In this document: positions 37,801 to 49,504 of the stretch, piece after piece
Layout: the number at the start of each line of letters is the position of its first letter
How positions within the stretch are numbered: position 1 is the stretch's first letter
Source: Takakia lepidozioides
Lineage: Eukaryota > Plantae > Bryophyta
NCBI GenBank assembly: GCA_030704615.1
Contig: CM060732.1
Span: forward strand, 58,404,001 to 58,468,000
Direction: 5' to 3'
Length of the DNA stretch: 64,000 nt
The notes under the pieces: model-generated
Databases searched by the model: none
Told to the model about the DNA's origin: nothing
Seen by the model: the letters and a program-made list of their open reading frames with translations, nothing else
Translations under genes and position numbers: made by a program

Positions 37801-39293
37801 ATGCCGGTGACTGTCGAACCATCCTATGCAGGAAAGGGAAAGCAGTTCCTCTCAGCAAGGTACATCTGCTTTGTTTAAGCACAGTGACTGAATAAGGGGA
37901 ACGGTATGGGGAGGAACGGTATTTGGGTTTGTAATGCTTTTTTTCCATATATGCGGCACGTAACTGTCATAGATCTTCTAGGGCCCATGACATGTCAGCA
38001 AGATTTAGCTCTATTTAGACATATACAGAATCTCTTCATTAGATTTCGCTTTGCATGGCCTTGTGGACATAGACCCTGTGCCTGGAGGAGGCCAAGGTAG
38101 GAGAGCAGAATGGAGCCCACTATAATCCTGGATTGTCCTGCACATAAGGCAGAAATAAGCACATCTCCTGCTTTTAGCTCTACCAAGATGTGCGTTTGTG
38201 ACATCATTGTAGGATCATACAGCCAGCTGCAATGACGAAAGAGAGCGTGTAATCAAGGCAGGAGGGTATGTCAGTTGGCGTGTTGACACCTGGCGGGTCG
38301 GTGCTGCTGCCCTTGAGGTATTTTGACTAAGATTTTCTTCGCCAAGTGTTCTGTCAATTGCTCAGAAGCTGGAGGGTTGCAGTATCAGCGTTCTTGGGTA
38401 AACATCTCTCATGCATCACAGGGTTCACTAGTGCCCTAGTCCATAGAGGCCAACTCAAAGTGATTTCTACCCTTTTGCAGCTACGGTAGGATAATCAGAA
38501 GTGACACTAATACATGCGTGTCTTACATGATGGACAGGTGACACGTTCAATAGGGGACGATGATTTGAAGCCAGCTGTGACTGCAGAACCAGAAGTAATG
38601 GAAGGGTGCACTTTATCATCTCATGATGAGTTCTTGGTGGGTGTCATTGTCTTTTCTTGTTCTCTCCTTTAGATTTCAATGTTGGTTGGTCTCAATCATG
38701 CAATCGAGATGTAGTAATTAGTGATTTTGAGATTCAACCCTCGTGGATGCACTTGTTGGCTTTTATCCACAAGATTATTAAACTCAGCCCAGGACTTCTG
38801 CGTGCCAAAAGACAATACCCCACAGAGAATGTGGGGTGTTATTTAATGACTAGCAGCGACACTGTGCTAGAAGGCACGAAGCTATATCATGGCTGCTTTT
38901 ATTGTACATCACAAATAAATAATAGGTGTCGCCATACAAAATACAGACAGACAGAGAGGGCACTCCCTAAATCCTGCTAGTATTCTTGATGCATGAGACT
39001 ATGCACCTTTGTCCTCCAATATCAGCACTGCTGTCTTTACATTACAGGCCTTGATTTTAGTTGAATTCCCTAAGCATTTTCTTTTGGTCAAGAATCAGGT
39101 CATAGCAAGTGACGGGCTTTGGGAGACAATTGGAAATGAAGATGTCGTCACCATGGTTAAGGACACAGTGAAAGAGCCTAGCATGGTGTCAAAGAGGCTT
39201 GCAACAGAGGCTGTTGAACGTGGGAGCCGTGACAATATTACTGTTATTGTGGTATTCCTTACACCTGTCTCAACTGTAGAGAGGGTCTACTGA
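31869..39293 (+). CDS. Protein kinase + PP2C fusion protein (Arabidopsis At2g40860-like), 12 exons
   Basis: Exons 31869-31998, 32601-32718, 33212-33378, 35293-35360, 35865-36088, 36276-36327, 36568-37132, 37356-37425, 37640-37859, 38213-38317, 38538-38636, 39099-39293, all GT-AG. Motifs CVRGCC, GAESVVY, HRDVKPAN, DFG, YMAPE, MED, FDGHRG, ANAGD, TRSIGD, ASDGLW, DNIT. Confidence 0.95.
34100..35130 (-). mobile_element. 5'-truncated non-LTR retrotransposon (RTE/RTEX-like) in intron 3; related short 3' piece at 33920-34090
   Basis: IRPALEYGSAIW...LESIQ...AVRGEFG post-RT region; FKLRAG...CPLC...EDSIHFLIHCP zinc finger (frameshifted); flanked by (GA)n tracts. Clade assignment tentative. Confidence 0.85.
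35716..35780 (-). mobile_element. 65-bp insertion of the LINE 3' terminus with 18-bp TSD, intron 4
   Basis: Near-identical to about 34100-34161; AATATCAGGAGAATAGAA duplicated at 35698-35715 and 35781-35798. Confidence 0.9.
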
Positions 39294-40978
39294 TGAAAAG
39301 ATCAACTTAGTAAACAAATTCCTGGTGTGCTCAGAGAAGACAGGTGAGTTGTGCACTGCTACCATAACCCATGCAAGCTCCTGTTGTTATAGATCTAAAC
39401 TGATTTTCAGCATGGCATCCATTGAATGCCATAAATAATCCCCGAATTCAACTCTCAGGCATGGGACAGCTTGAGGAACATGTTACAACATTCTATCATG
39501 GTCCATTGAGGGGACTACACTATTTTTTTTATAGATGCTACCATCCTGTCACAGATGAAGTTTGCTAAAGTCAGATTGATGAAGCCTGTTGGATTTTACT
39601 CCGGTATCTAAGCCTGTATTGAAGAGGTGATTGCCTTGAATGCTTCATCCTGTTGATGTATCAAATGATGTCATTGAATCATATAAGATTTAGCTTGAAA
39701 CAGCAAGGGTGGAAGTCTTATCTCCTGTTGTTCAAGTGTATAAGTTGTCTGGAAGTAGAAGGGCCTTTGCAAAGAACCAATGGAAGAAAGGAGCTTAGCA
39801 TAGTGGATCTCCTAGTGAAGTACTCACCTTCATTTGCAAATGGGGTTCCCAGGCACTGCCTCCTTGGTCTATCAGCATACTCATTGCAGTAACAGTCTTT
39901 TTTCCCATCCCAATCTCTGCAAGAGTGCCTCTCCAAAACTCTTCAATCTGATCATAGAGTTTCAAGGTGGGGGGCACCCTGCTCAGGGGTCATCTAACAT
40001 CATGTTTCATACCTTCTGCGGATGAGTCATTTTTTTTCTTAAAAAGTTTTTTCCTTCCTGGGGGCCGCTGTATTTGGCGAAGTATTCACACACACTTCTA
40101 TCAAATACTGAACAAGTCAGTGTTGACTAAGCTTACTATCAATTTTGCTTGGTGTCACATACACACGATGAATGATGACTATGCAGCACCCATGTGACGA
40201 ACACTAACGAGGTGGCAGGGTTAGAGAAGTGGCTGTATAACAGGTGGCCGGTCGCTGTCACATCTATTCTGAATTACAGGCGAGTCACCCCAGGGCATTT
40301 CGTATCAGGGCAGGAGATTTTCAAGCCCTGCATTCAACCCTACGTTTCAAATCCAAGCTTGAAATTCCAAACAGTGAAAGCTGATATGAAATGAACTTAA
40401 AGGCCTAACAAACAAATATCTGCTAGAAATCACATCCTTAGATTTTCTTTCGAAATACAGAACGAAGGCATATCATGGAGAGGCAAAAACCTTCGAGATT
40501 GCGAACAATTGTAGGTGGCACAGGAGGGGGCTTGATAGGAGTCGCAAAGAAGGGGTCCCCGGCGCATACAGCTGCTTTGGGAAGTCTGAGTACAGATGCA
40601 ATTACAGTTGTAGCTGGGATACTACACTCTCGTTTCTTACTGGCTACATCATTCCTCTTCCAACAATGTAATTGTGTCCTCACGGAATACTAAATCATCA
40701 AATGTTGCCAATTGCTGGATCTTAGCCGTCTTCCCACATATTGTTTTTTCAAATTACTGAATCATTCTTAAAAGGAAAACAAGTGCAGGATTTGTCAACT
40801 ATAGCTCCATCCCTGGTAGCTTCCAACTTTTTCCATACATGAGATTTCTCTGAACTGACTTGTTCCTCATAGCACATCTGCATATATAGACCCAAAAGTT
40901 AGGAGATGCAAGGAAAAGTAACTCTGTCTGCACAGAATCAACATTTGCGAAGCACAATGAGATTTCCCAGTATCTCTT

Positions 40979-43900
40979 TGTTGAAACACTCAGCTGTTCA
41001 TATTCAACTACATAGAACACCTGAGGTGAGGGTACATATATAGTGTTTGTCACATAGATAGATAGAGAAAGAGATAGAGCAGGACCACATGGTCACCACA
41101 TGGGCCTTATCGCTAACTATAATGGAGCTGCAATTACTAAGGCATATGGTAGCCTGCCACTATCTAGAATCTTGGAGCAGTGCATTCACTTATGCCTGAT
41201 CTATCGGCATACTACATGGGTGTGTTAATTCCAATACCTAAGTGATCTAAATAGCTTCATAGTATTAGTGTATGTCCTCCAGTATCCCCTTTGCCAGATT
41301 GCTGAAGACTTGTCTATAGTGGTATGAATCTGGGATTGAGAGTTCTATGGACTATCCTACAGGAGCATACTGTTCTACTGGTTATACTTTACCCTATCCT
41401 ATTTCTGATCCAGCAAGTTGACTCTATGATGCAACATGGTCTAAGTCTACTTCTCCTTTTAGTATTTTCTCTCTAATGAAGTGGTAATGCACCTCTATGT
41501 GCTTAGTACGCACGTGTGAAACATTGGAGTGTTCCCCATTTTGATAGCACTGGAATTATCACACCAAAGTTGAGTTGCCTTACCAATGAGGAAGCCAAGT
41601 TCCTGAGTAAGAGTCTGCAACCACATCCATTCTTTGGTACCTTCAGTTATGGCTCGATACTCAGCCTCGGTTGACGACAAGGATACGGATGGCTGTCTCT
41701 TGCTCGACCATGTTACAGGTGATCCCCCAAGTTGGAACACAAATCCAGAGGTAGATCGTCTTGTTTCTTGATCACCTGCCCAATTTGAGTCCACAAACCC
41801 GTCCAAACCTATTCCTCCTTCCGCGTAAAACATCAATCCAAAATCCATGGTTCCCTTTAGGTAGCGGAATATCCTTTTGACTGCCTCCATGTGAGACTTT
41901 TGAGGTGCTGACATAAATCTACTTACCACCCTTACAGCGTAGCAAATGTCTGGCCGTGTATTTGTCTAATAGATCAACTTTCCGACCATTTTTTGATACA
42001 AAGCTCATCTGCTCGCTCCTCTCCCATGTCAGCAATTAACTTCAAGTTCTCAACCATGGGAGTTGGGCTTGTGTTGCATTCACTAAGACCTAGTTCCTTG
42101 AGCATGGCTTGGATATACCATCTCCGCGTCAGAAAAATCCCATTCGAGAAGTACTTGAATTCTATGTGTAGAAAACCACCCAGTTGTGACATTCTGAACT
42201 TCTTGACAAGCTGCTGGGTTAACCACTCAATCTTTTCATTGTGATTCCCCGTCAAGAGCAAGTCATCCACGTATATAATTAGAATAATCAGCCTATCTCC
42301 TTCTCGGATGTAGTAGAGATTATGGTCTGCATTGCTTCTCTTGAGGCCTTGCTCCCGGGGAAATTTATCTATTTCTTCATACCACGCTCTCGGTGCTTGT
42401 TTCAGTCCATATAGGGCTTTAGCAAGCTTGCAAACCTTCCCTTAGTGCCCACGAACCTCAAAGCCCTTGGGCTGCAACATGTAGACCTCCTCCTTGAGGC
42501 TTCCATTGAGAAAAGCCGTCTTGACATCAAGGTGCGACAATTTCCAATTATTTTTCGCGGCAAGAGCAATCAATGTCCTTAGTGTGCCCCATTTCATCAC
42601 TGGGGTGAATGTCTCTTCATAATCAATTCCCTCCCCTTGCTCATAGCCGCGAGTGACAAGTCTGGCCTTGTGCTTGATATGATCTCCATCTGCATATTTC
42701 TTCTCCTTGAACACGCACTTAGAAGAAATTGGACGTTTTCCTGGATGCAAATCAACAAGCTCCCACGTATTGTTTTCTTGTATAGAGTCCATCTCCTCTT
42801 GCATGGTTTCTCCAAATTGAATGGAGCACTGCCTGCTCAAAGAGGTAGGTTCCTCTGCATTTTCCAACATAGCAACGTAATCCTCTAGTCTTCGTGGTAT
42901 TCTTCCGTTCCCGCATAGGCAACCTTCGAATTTGAGGAGCGAGTGGAGCAGGTGGCTGATCAAGCAAGACAGCTTCACTAGAGTTTTCACTTGAAGTGTT
43001 TCCAAAAATAGATGTATCGGAGAGTATATAAGGTGACTTGGAATCAGTTGAGAAGGGTACTTGATGTCTCCGACGAGGATTGCAAAGAATCATGAGACTG
43101 AGAGGGTGCAGGACTAGCTGGTAGATCAGGAGGAGCACTGGGTCTTTGATCAACTTCTCGGAATATGAGGGTGGTTGTGTCATGATTGCACGATGCCCTT
43201 TGGTCGGGTGCACAACCAACATGAGACTCATCGAACTTAACATCCCTCGAAACAAGTATACGTCTAATTGAGGATGATAGCACCGAAAGCCTTTAGACTC
43301 CAGATCGTATCCTATGAAGGCACATTTGACAGCTCTCGCTTCCAATTTCTCTTCCAAAACTCCGGAGATGACGAAGGTATGGTCGCTTCCCCGTGTGAGT
43401 CGCTGAAAAGGAGTTACTCCTGAATTGGCTCGTGTCGGTGATCTATTGATGAGGTAGTTCGCAGTGTTTACTACCTCGGCCCAAAGATAGTGGGTGCATC
43501 TGCTGTGGGTCATGCTACAAGCCCGCTCCATGATCGTCCGAATCTTTCTTTCGGGCGACTCCGTTGGAGTGTGAAGTCCTTGCCTCGGTAAGCTGTCGTA
43601 GAATGCCATGCTTATCAAGATAGTCCTGAAATTCACAAGACATAAACCCCCCCCCCATCTGTGCGTTGGGTCTAAATGGATTTTCGAAAGTGGTTACATT
43701 CTATGAAAATTTCGAAAATAGGAGAAGGCTTCACTCTTTTCCTTGAGAAAATAGACCCACGTGAAGCGACTGAAGTCGTCGGTAAAAGTAATGAAGTATC
43801 TTTTTCCTCCTTTTGATGGAACTGGCAGTGGCCCACAGAGATCAGAGTGAATAAGTTGTAAGATTCCAGTGGCTCTGGAGTTGCTGGATTTAGGAACTCT

Positions 43901-45938
43901 CTCTCGACTTTGTTTGCCAAGTTGGCACCCTTCATAGGCAGTTTCGAAAATGGGCAGGTATGGAAGTCCAGTGGCCAACTCGTTCGAAGTCAAGTGATCA
44001 TGAACTCCTCGGTGGTTCAGGTGACCCAATCGCTTATGCCAGAGTTTGACTATATCAGATAGTGCGCCTAGAAGAATGTCATCAGATGATTCGAGAGATA
44101 GCACTTCATGACCTTTAGCTATTGTATCTAGCCTGTACAATCCATTGTAAGCATCTCTGATTCCTCTGTCCGTAATTCTTCCACTTCTATCGATGAGAAG
44201 ACACTTCCTGGAATCAAAGAGAGCAATGTGTCCATTGTCAACGAGAGTTCCTACAGAAATCAAATTTTTCTTAAGCCCATGCACTTAAAGAACATTCTCG
44301 AGAGTCTTTATTTTCCCATTAGGGAAGTGAAGAAGTGGGACGAAGTGAGACTCTCCTCCTGCGGATTTGACACTTTGAGACTCTTCAGAAGGACTCGCCT
44401 TGATTTCATCTAATAGCTCTGCGTTTCCGTGACGTGCTTGGAGGCACCTGTGTCGAGGTACCAAGGTTCTCCCTTCATTTCTGCAGACAGGGCAGCCAAA
44501 GTTTCTTCGAAGAGCTCGGCCGGGCTGACCTCATCATGAGAATGCTCTTCTTTTTCTATGCAATGGATTCATCGTCCTTGGGATCCTCCAGTCTGAGTAA
44601 ACGGCTCCTTTCCGGGGCGCTGACGCCAATAATGCTTTCCACACTTGTGGCAAACACCTCAAAAATTGTGGTTGCGTGTGGAGAGTTGTGGTTAGATGAT
44701 CCAGTCCTCCTCCGATTGTTCAGCAAAGTGTGAAATCGGACCAGCAGCGCTTCTTCGTTCGTTAAAACTGGCGACTCTTGTGAATGGCAAGTCGAGTCTG
44801 CTCAAGCAGCAGTCGTCCAGTAAGCTCTTCAAGTGTGGGCATATATTTTTCATTGCTGATCATGACTTGAACAAACGGAGTGTAGCTCTCCTGGGAGAGC
44901 ATTGATGACTTGCTCGACAATGATTTCGTCGGCAGGAGTTGCATCGATCTCTGCCATCTGATTCAAGAGGCTCTTCACGGTCCACCATGAATTTTTCCAC
45001 CGAAGCTGCTTCCTCCATCTTCCTCCATCTAAATTCAGCTGGCTAAATTTGTTGCGAATCATAAGACGTTGTGCGTTGTTTTTGGTGTCATAGAGACCCT
45101 GCAGAAGTTCCCAGAACTCCTTTGGATCAGTGACCTTCACAATGTAAGGAATGATGTGGTCCCTGACGGATAACTTTAGTATGGCCAACGCCTTGCGCTT
45201 CAGTTTCTTCATCGTATTTTCATCAAGGTCAGCCTTGTCCTCGGCAGCTGTTGCGTCGGTAGTAAGCTCAAGGAGGTCCAAGAGGTCCTCTTTTTCCAAC
45301 ACAGTCTGCATCTTAAATTTCAACAAGGGATAGTTGCTTACACCATCCAACTTGTTAGACTCGGAAATGGAATATTCAAGCGTAGAAGCAGCCATGATGA
45401 TGCAATCACTACAGTCACTTGTCTAGGAGAGCTCTATGATGGAAGAATAAGCAGGTAGGATCAGAAGGAGAAAGAATAATACAAAAAACAAGATGATAGT
45501 AGCAAGGTGAAAGAACAAGATAATGAGGGTCAAATTTTTCTCACCACATGCGTACTCTGCAGGAAAGTCGAAGTACACGCTATATTAATATCGAATCTAT
45601 AGATCTTGTAACCCGGGTGTTACCCCCTAACAACGCTATGATACCATGTTGAAACACTCAGCCGTTCATATTCAACTACATAGAACACTGGAGGTGAGGG
45701 TACATATATAGTGTTTGTCACATAGATAGATAGAGAAAGAGATAGAGCAGGCCCACATGGGCCTTATCGCTAACTATAACGGAGCTGCAATTACTTAGGC
45801 ATATCGTAGCCAACCACTATCTAGAATCTTGGAGCGGTGCATTCACTTATGCCTGATCTATCGGCATACTACATCGATGTGTTAATTCCAATACCTAAGT
45901 GATCTAAATAGCTTCATAGTAATAGTGTATGTCCTCCG
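40979..45938 (-). mobile_element. Degenerate Ty1/copia LTR retrotransposon
   Basis: LTRs 40979-41281 and 45647-45938; PBS TGGTATCATAGC (tRNA-iMet-like) at 45635-45646; gag, WHKRLGH, IHSDLCGP, KARLV, DVKTAFLNG, YVDD, SSTEAEY in copia order; many frameshifts; no matching TSD. Confidence 0.95.
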
Positions 45939-46164
45939 GTAGCCACTAGGTCTACGATCATGAGCCTGGGTGTGGACTGCCTCAACACTCTTCCGGTGAA
46001 AAACTTTTCGAAAATCTGCTCGATACTTATGATTTTCTATTCCCCTCTCTTTCTCTCTATCTTGGTGGATCGTGTTTATATCAGGAAAATCAGTGACCAA
46101 TGAGCCCCTTCAGCAAAAATCAGTTAGACAATTTTCAAAACACACTTGCAAGATGCCAAATCAC

Positions 46165-46247
46165 CTGTACGTAGTGAGATGGCTGAATGAAGTAGACAGC
46201 CTCATGATCAGGTAGGGGCTGCCAGCGTTTATGCAGATCCCCTACCA
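46165..46247 (-). pseudogene. Orphan exon of a SEC1/KEULE-family gene
   Basis: After acceptor CTGCAG: VGDLHKRWQPLPDHEAVYFIQPS versus family motif VEDxxxRRQPLPxxxAxYFIQP; rest of gene not found. Confidence 0.75.
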
Positions 46248-46565
46248 CTGCAGCAGAGAGCCAATATAAGAGTGCCTCCACGCACATGGTCTTAGATAAG
46301 CATGTACGCACTTCATAGTAAAGAAGCATTCTATTGTCTGCACTTTGTATGCACCTTGAGTAACTATCAAGAAAATATGAGGTCGCTGAGACGTGGAATT
46401 ACGCACACTTAACTTTGCTTCTTTGCGGAGAAGAAGACGGAGAAATCGCTCTGAACAAGCTGCGACAGTGCGGATGTCTGGCGACGTGCGGCGACGGCCC
46501 AGATTCAGGCACGCCTCCACGAGGGCCTTCCCCAGCGTAAAGTCCATTCTGCCACGTGTAACATC

Positions 46566-46667
46566 CGAGCCTGACCAGGGCCCTTAGGCAGCGTAAAGTA
46601 CTTCTCGAACCTGGCCAGGACCCTTATACGGCGTAAGGTTCCTCCCGAGCCTGACCCGGACCTTACG
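46566..46667. repeat. 40-bp period tandem repeat, 2.5 units
   Basis: CGA(G/A)CCTG(A/G)CC at 46566, 46606 and 46646; GCGTAA recurs at 46535, 46591 and 46631. Confidence 0.8.
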
Positions 46668-48030
46668 TTTGACGTTGATAATATTTTGGTTTGGAAAATA
46701 CAAAGGAAAAAAACCAGCAGTGAGCGACAGCCACTCGCGTGACGTGGCGCTATATTCCAGGAAATAAAGCCACCCAAAATACAAAATACAAAGGTTTTTT
46801 TCCTTAAAATTCTTAACATACAAAATAATATGAGCGTCGGAAGGATTGAGGATCAACTGTCTATCCTCTGTGACTGTTAATCCAACGACCATGGATGGCA
46901 TATCCGTCTCACCGAGACTACTGGGCTGCTGCTACGTCCGAGACCTGGTGATCTCCTGCACAGACTACTTAAGGCAGCCGTGTTGGTACATACTCTCTTG
47001 TACATCTTGTGCTGGCGAGGCATAAGTAAGACCACCTCACGAGACAGATTACAGTGACGCCATTTGGCATATTGAGCGCACCCGAGTGGACTCTAGCTAG
47101 TAGCATACTCCAGTAGCATGCATGCATGAACGGTGACAATTATCGCCAAAACGTCCCCGTAAATAAATATATATCAGCCATCGTCCCTCCACTTGAATTG
47201 GATCAAAGCATCAAGGCTGAAGCCCGCCAGAGTCTATATCGAAGCTGGTGAATGACGGATTCAGCAGCTTGGCTCTAGCGCTTATGTTCTAATTTCACAA
47301 ACTAGATATGAAATGTTGGGCTTGTTATGGGGTGATACATATATCGAATTGGTCAATGCTCAAATTGTAGAGTCTAGTGCATTTGCTATCATCGACAAGA
47401 AACGCTGCAATATCACTTGTAAAGAAGAACTCGAGGCATCAAGAAACTTTAGGCCCACAATGCATCCAACAGTAGACCAAGTCTACAGGAAGCATTTCCA
47501 AAAAATGGTTAGCGTGCAGTAAGAGAGTGACGAAGATATATGTATGTATCCTCAATTCTATTTTATTAGAACCCAACCAATTAAGTGTCCTCTGCCTATA
47601 TTTGCATAGTAACATAAGCTCATCGTTTCTTAAGATCTATGCGATCATGAAGCCATATCTCCATATTGAAGTGACCTTTCTACGTTGACTGTGATGCTCA
47701 GTTGGTGAGCCTAGAAATGTGAGAAAGTACAGGTTTAGACAACCCAGGTATTTGGTGTGAGCAGGTGGTTCCAAGGCACTCCCTTGCAATAGCGACTGTC
47801 ACTGCTGGATGCTCCTCATCACAGATTGCCATCGCTAGCTTGAGCCGCTAATACTTTGTCAGCTACTTCTATTGGCCAGACCCCTAGTGTTCAACTCTAA
47901 GAAGACCGGAAGTTCTCCGCAACTCTTCAAAGGTAGGTGAGCATGCAATGTGAACTCGTATATTATTCTAAGCCAGTGCCATCGAATTGAGCACTGGTTG
48001 ATGTTGTGTCCAACACTTTAGTCGGAGTTC

Positions 48031-48150
48031 CTACACAAACAGAGAAGGCCCCGGATGGGACAAGATACTAGCACCCAAGCAGACATCACCATCATACAAT
48101 ACTAATGCTTGGCCTGGCGTTACAGCTCTTGCAGGGCTTGCAAATCGCAC
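48031..48150 (-). pseudogene. mnmA: Orphan terminal exon of tRNA 2-thiouridylase MnmA/TRMU
   Basis: After acceptor GGCAG: [30 protein letters not shown] matches the MnmA C-terminal RAVTPGQxxVxYxGxxCLG motif; no upstream exons found. Confidence 0.8.
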
Positions 48151-49504
48151 CTGCCAACACAAACCCACAAAACGTCCCTTTTCACTGCATTTCTCACTGT
48201 TTCAAATGAATAAAACTAGTTTAGTTTTTTCCTTACTGTTCTACTTTGTCCCATTGCCCTTGTCCTTGTGGGCGTTTTTTAAGTTTTTTTCTCCGCAGAC
48301 GCTATAAAGTACCATTTGATTGGGGATTCCTCCTTGCCCTACGGGCTGTAGCAGGTCACTTGATGACCTGCTGATCCGGTCCTACCTACCTGTCAGGCCA
48401 AAGGAAGAGACAAGAGACTAGGCTGACCCACCAGCTGAAGGCAAAGGTGGGCAGCTTACTGGTCGGCAAGGGGAGAGGCATCTGCAGGCCCGCTGTCAAA
48501 TCCCCACCCCTATATGCCCTGCTGCCCGCTGACCCCTATTGGGGATAAAAAAGATTGGACTCTAGCATGGACGGCGATGATACTGCCCGTGGTCCGCGGA
48601 TCGGAGAGCCCGCCCTGTTCCCGGGCTGCCCGGTCCCCCGCTTCCCTATTCCAATTCCGTGGTCGGAAATAGGGCTGAAGGTGGGGAGCGTGAGGAGATT
48701 TGACTGGCAGCATGCGGACGACTTGCCTTAAGCTGCTTGTAGCCTCGGGCCTGGTGCATCGATGGAGTGCTACTTTTCTCAGAGTAGGAGGACGCGCTTT
48801 CTGTAAAAGGAAAGGCAGAGTGATGGAATGAATGTGGGCCGAATGCTGACCCAATTCGTGCGAGCATGCAGGGCACATAGACGTGTTTGCAAGCAGGTGG
48901 AGGATATGGCTTTGATTGTGGGCCCTCGGAAGAAGAGAAGTTACGGTGGGCTGTGGAGTAAGAGAAGAGCAGAGATGGAGTGGTGGGTCCAGATGTGGGA
49001 GGGTGGTGGGGCCGCCCAAAACTCAGCGGAGCTCTGTGCTATACAAGAGACCGGAAATGGTGTAGTTTGCACACTTGTACCCGAGTACTTACCCTGCGTT
49101 GGGAGTTGCATCCACATTGGGACCGGGGAGGAACATTGCTGACTTTGAATCCGAGCTTTCAGCTCGACACGGTAAGCGAGGGGGTACTGTGTTGAAGTCG
49201 TCATTGTGACCTGAAAATCTCAGTCCAGAAGTCTTGCTCGGGTTGAGTGGTGATTCTGTCAGACCTAAACCCTGTAACATGGGCCCGAGGAATCGGAACC
49301 TGCGGGCGTGGGGGCTGTTGTATTTCTTTTCAACGTGCCTGCAGACAACGGGGGTTCAACAATGGCTGCATTGCGTTGCATTATTCTGTGCCGTTCAGAT
49401 GGAGGCAGAGGAGCAGCTGTTCATACTCTTTGTCTCTCTTTCTTCAGGAATTCCCTGTTTGAACTCTTGAATCTGGTTGGAAATGCAGCTAGCGAAGAGT
49501 TACA

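Noticed and set aside
46860-47120. Possible solo LTR
   Set aside because: TG...CA candidates exist but none has a matching TSD or a second copy.
48510-49204. Overlapping GC-rich ORFs
   Set aside because: No recognisable domain; coincide with the probable LCIB promoter and 5' UTR.
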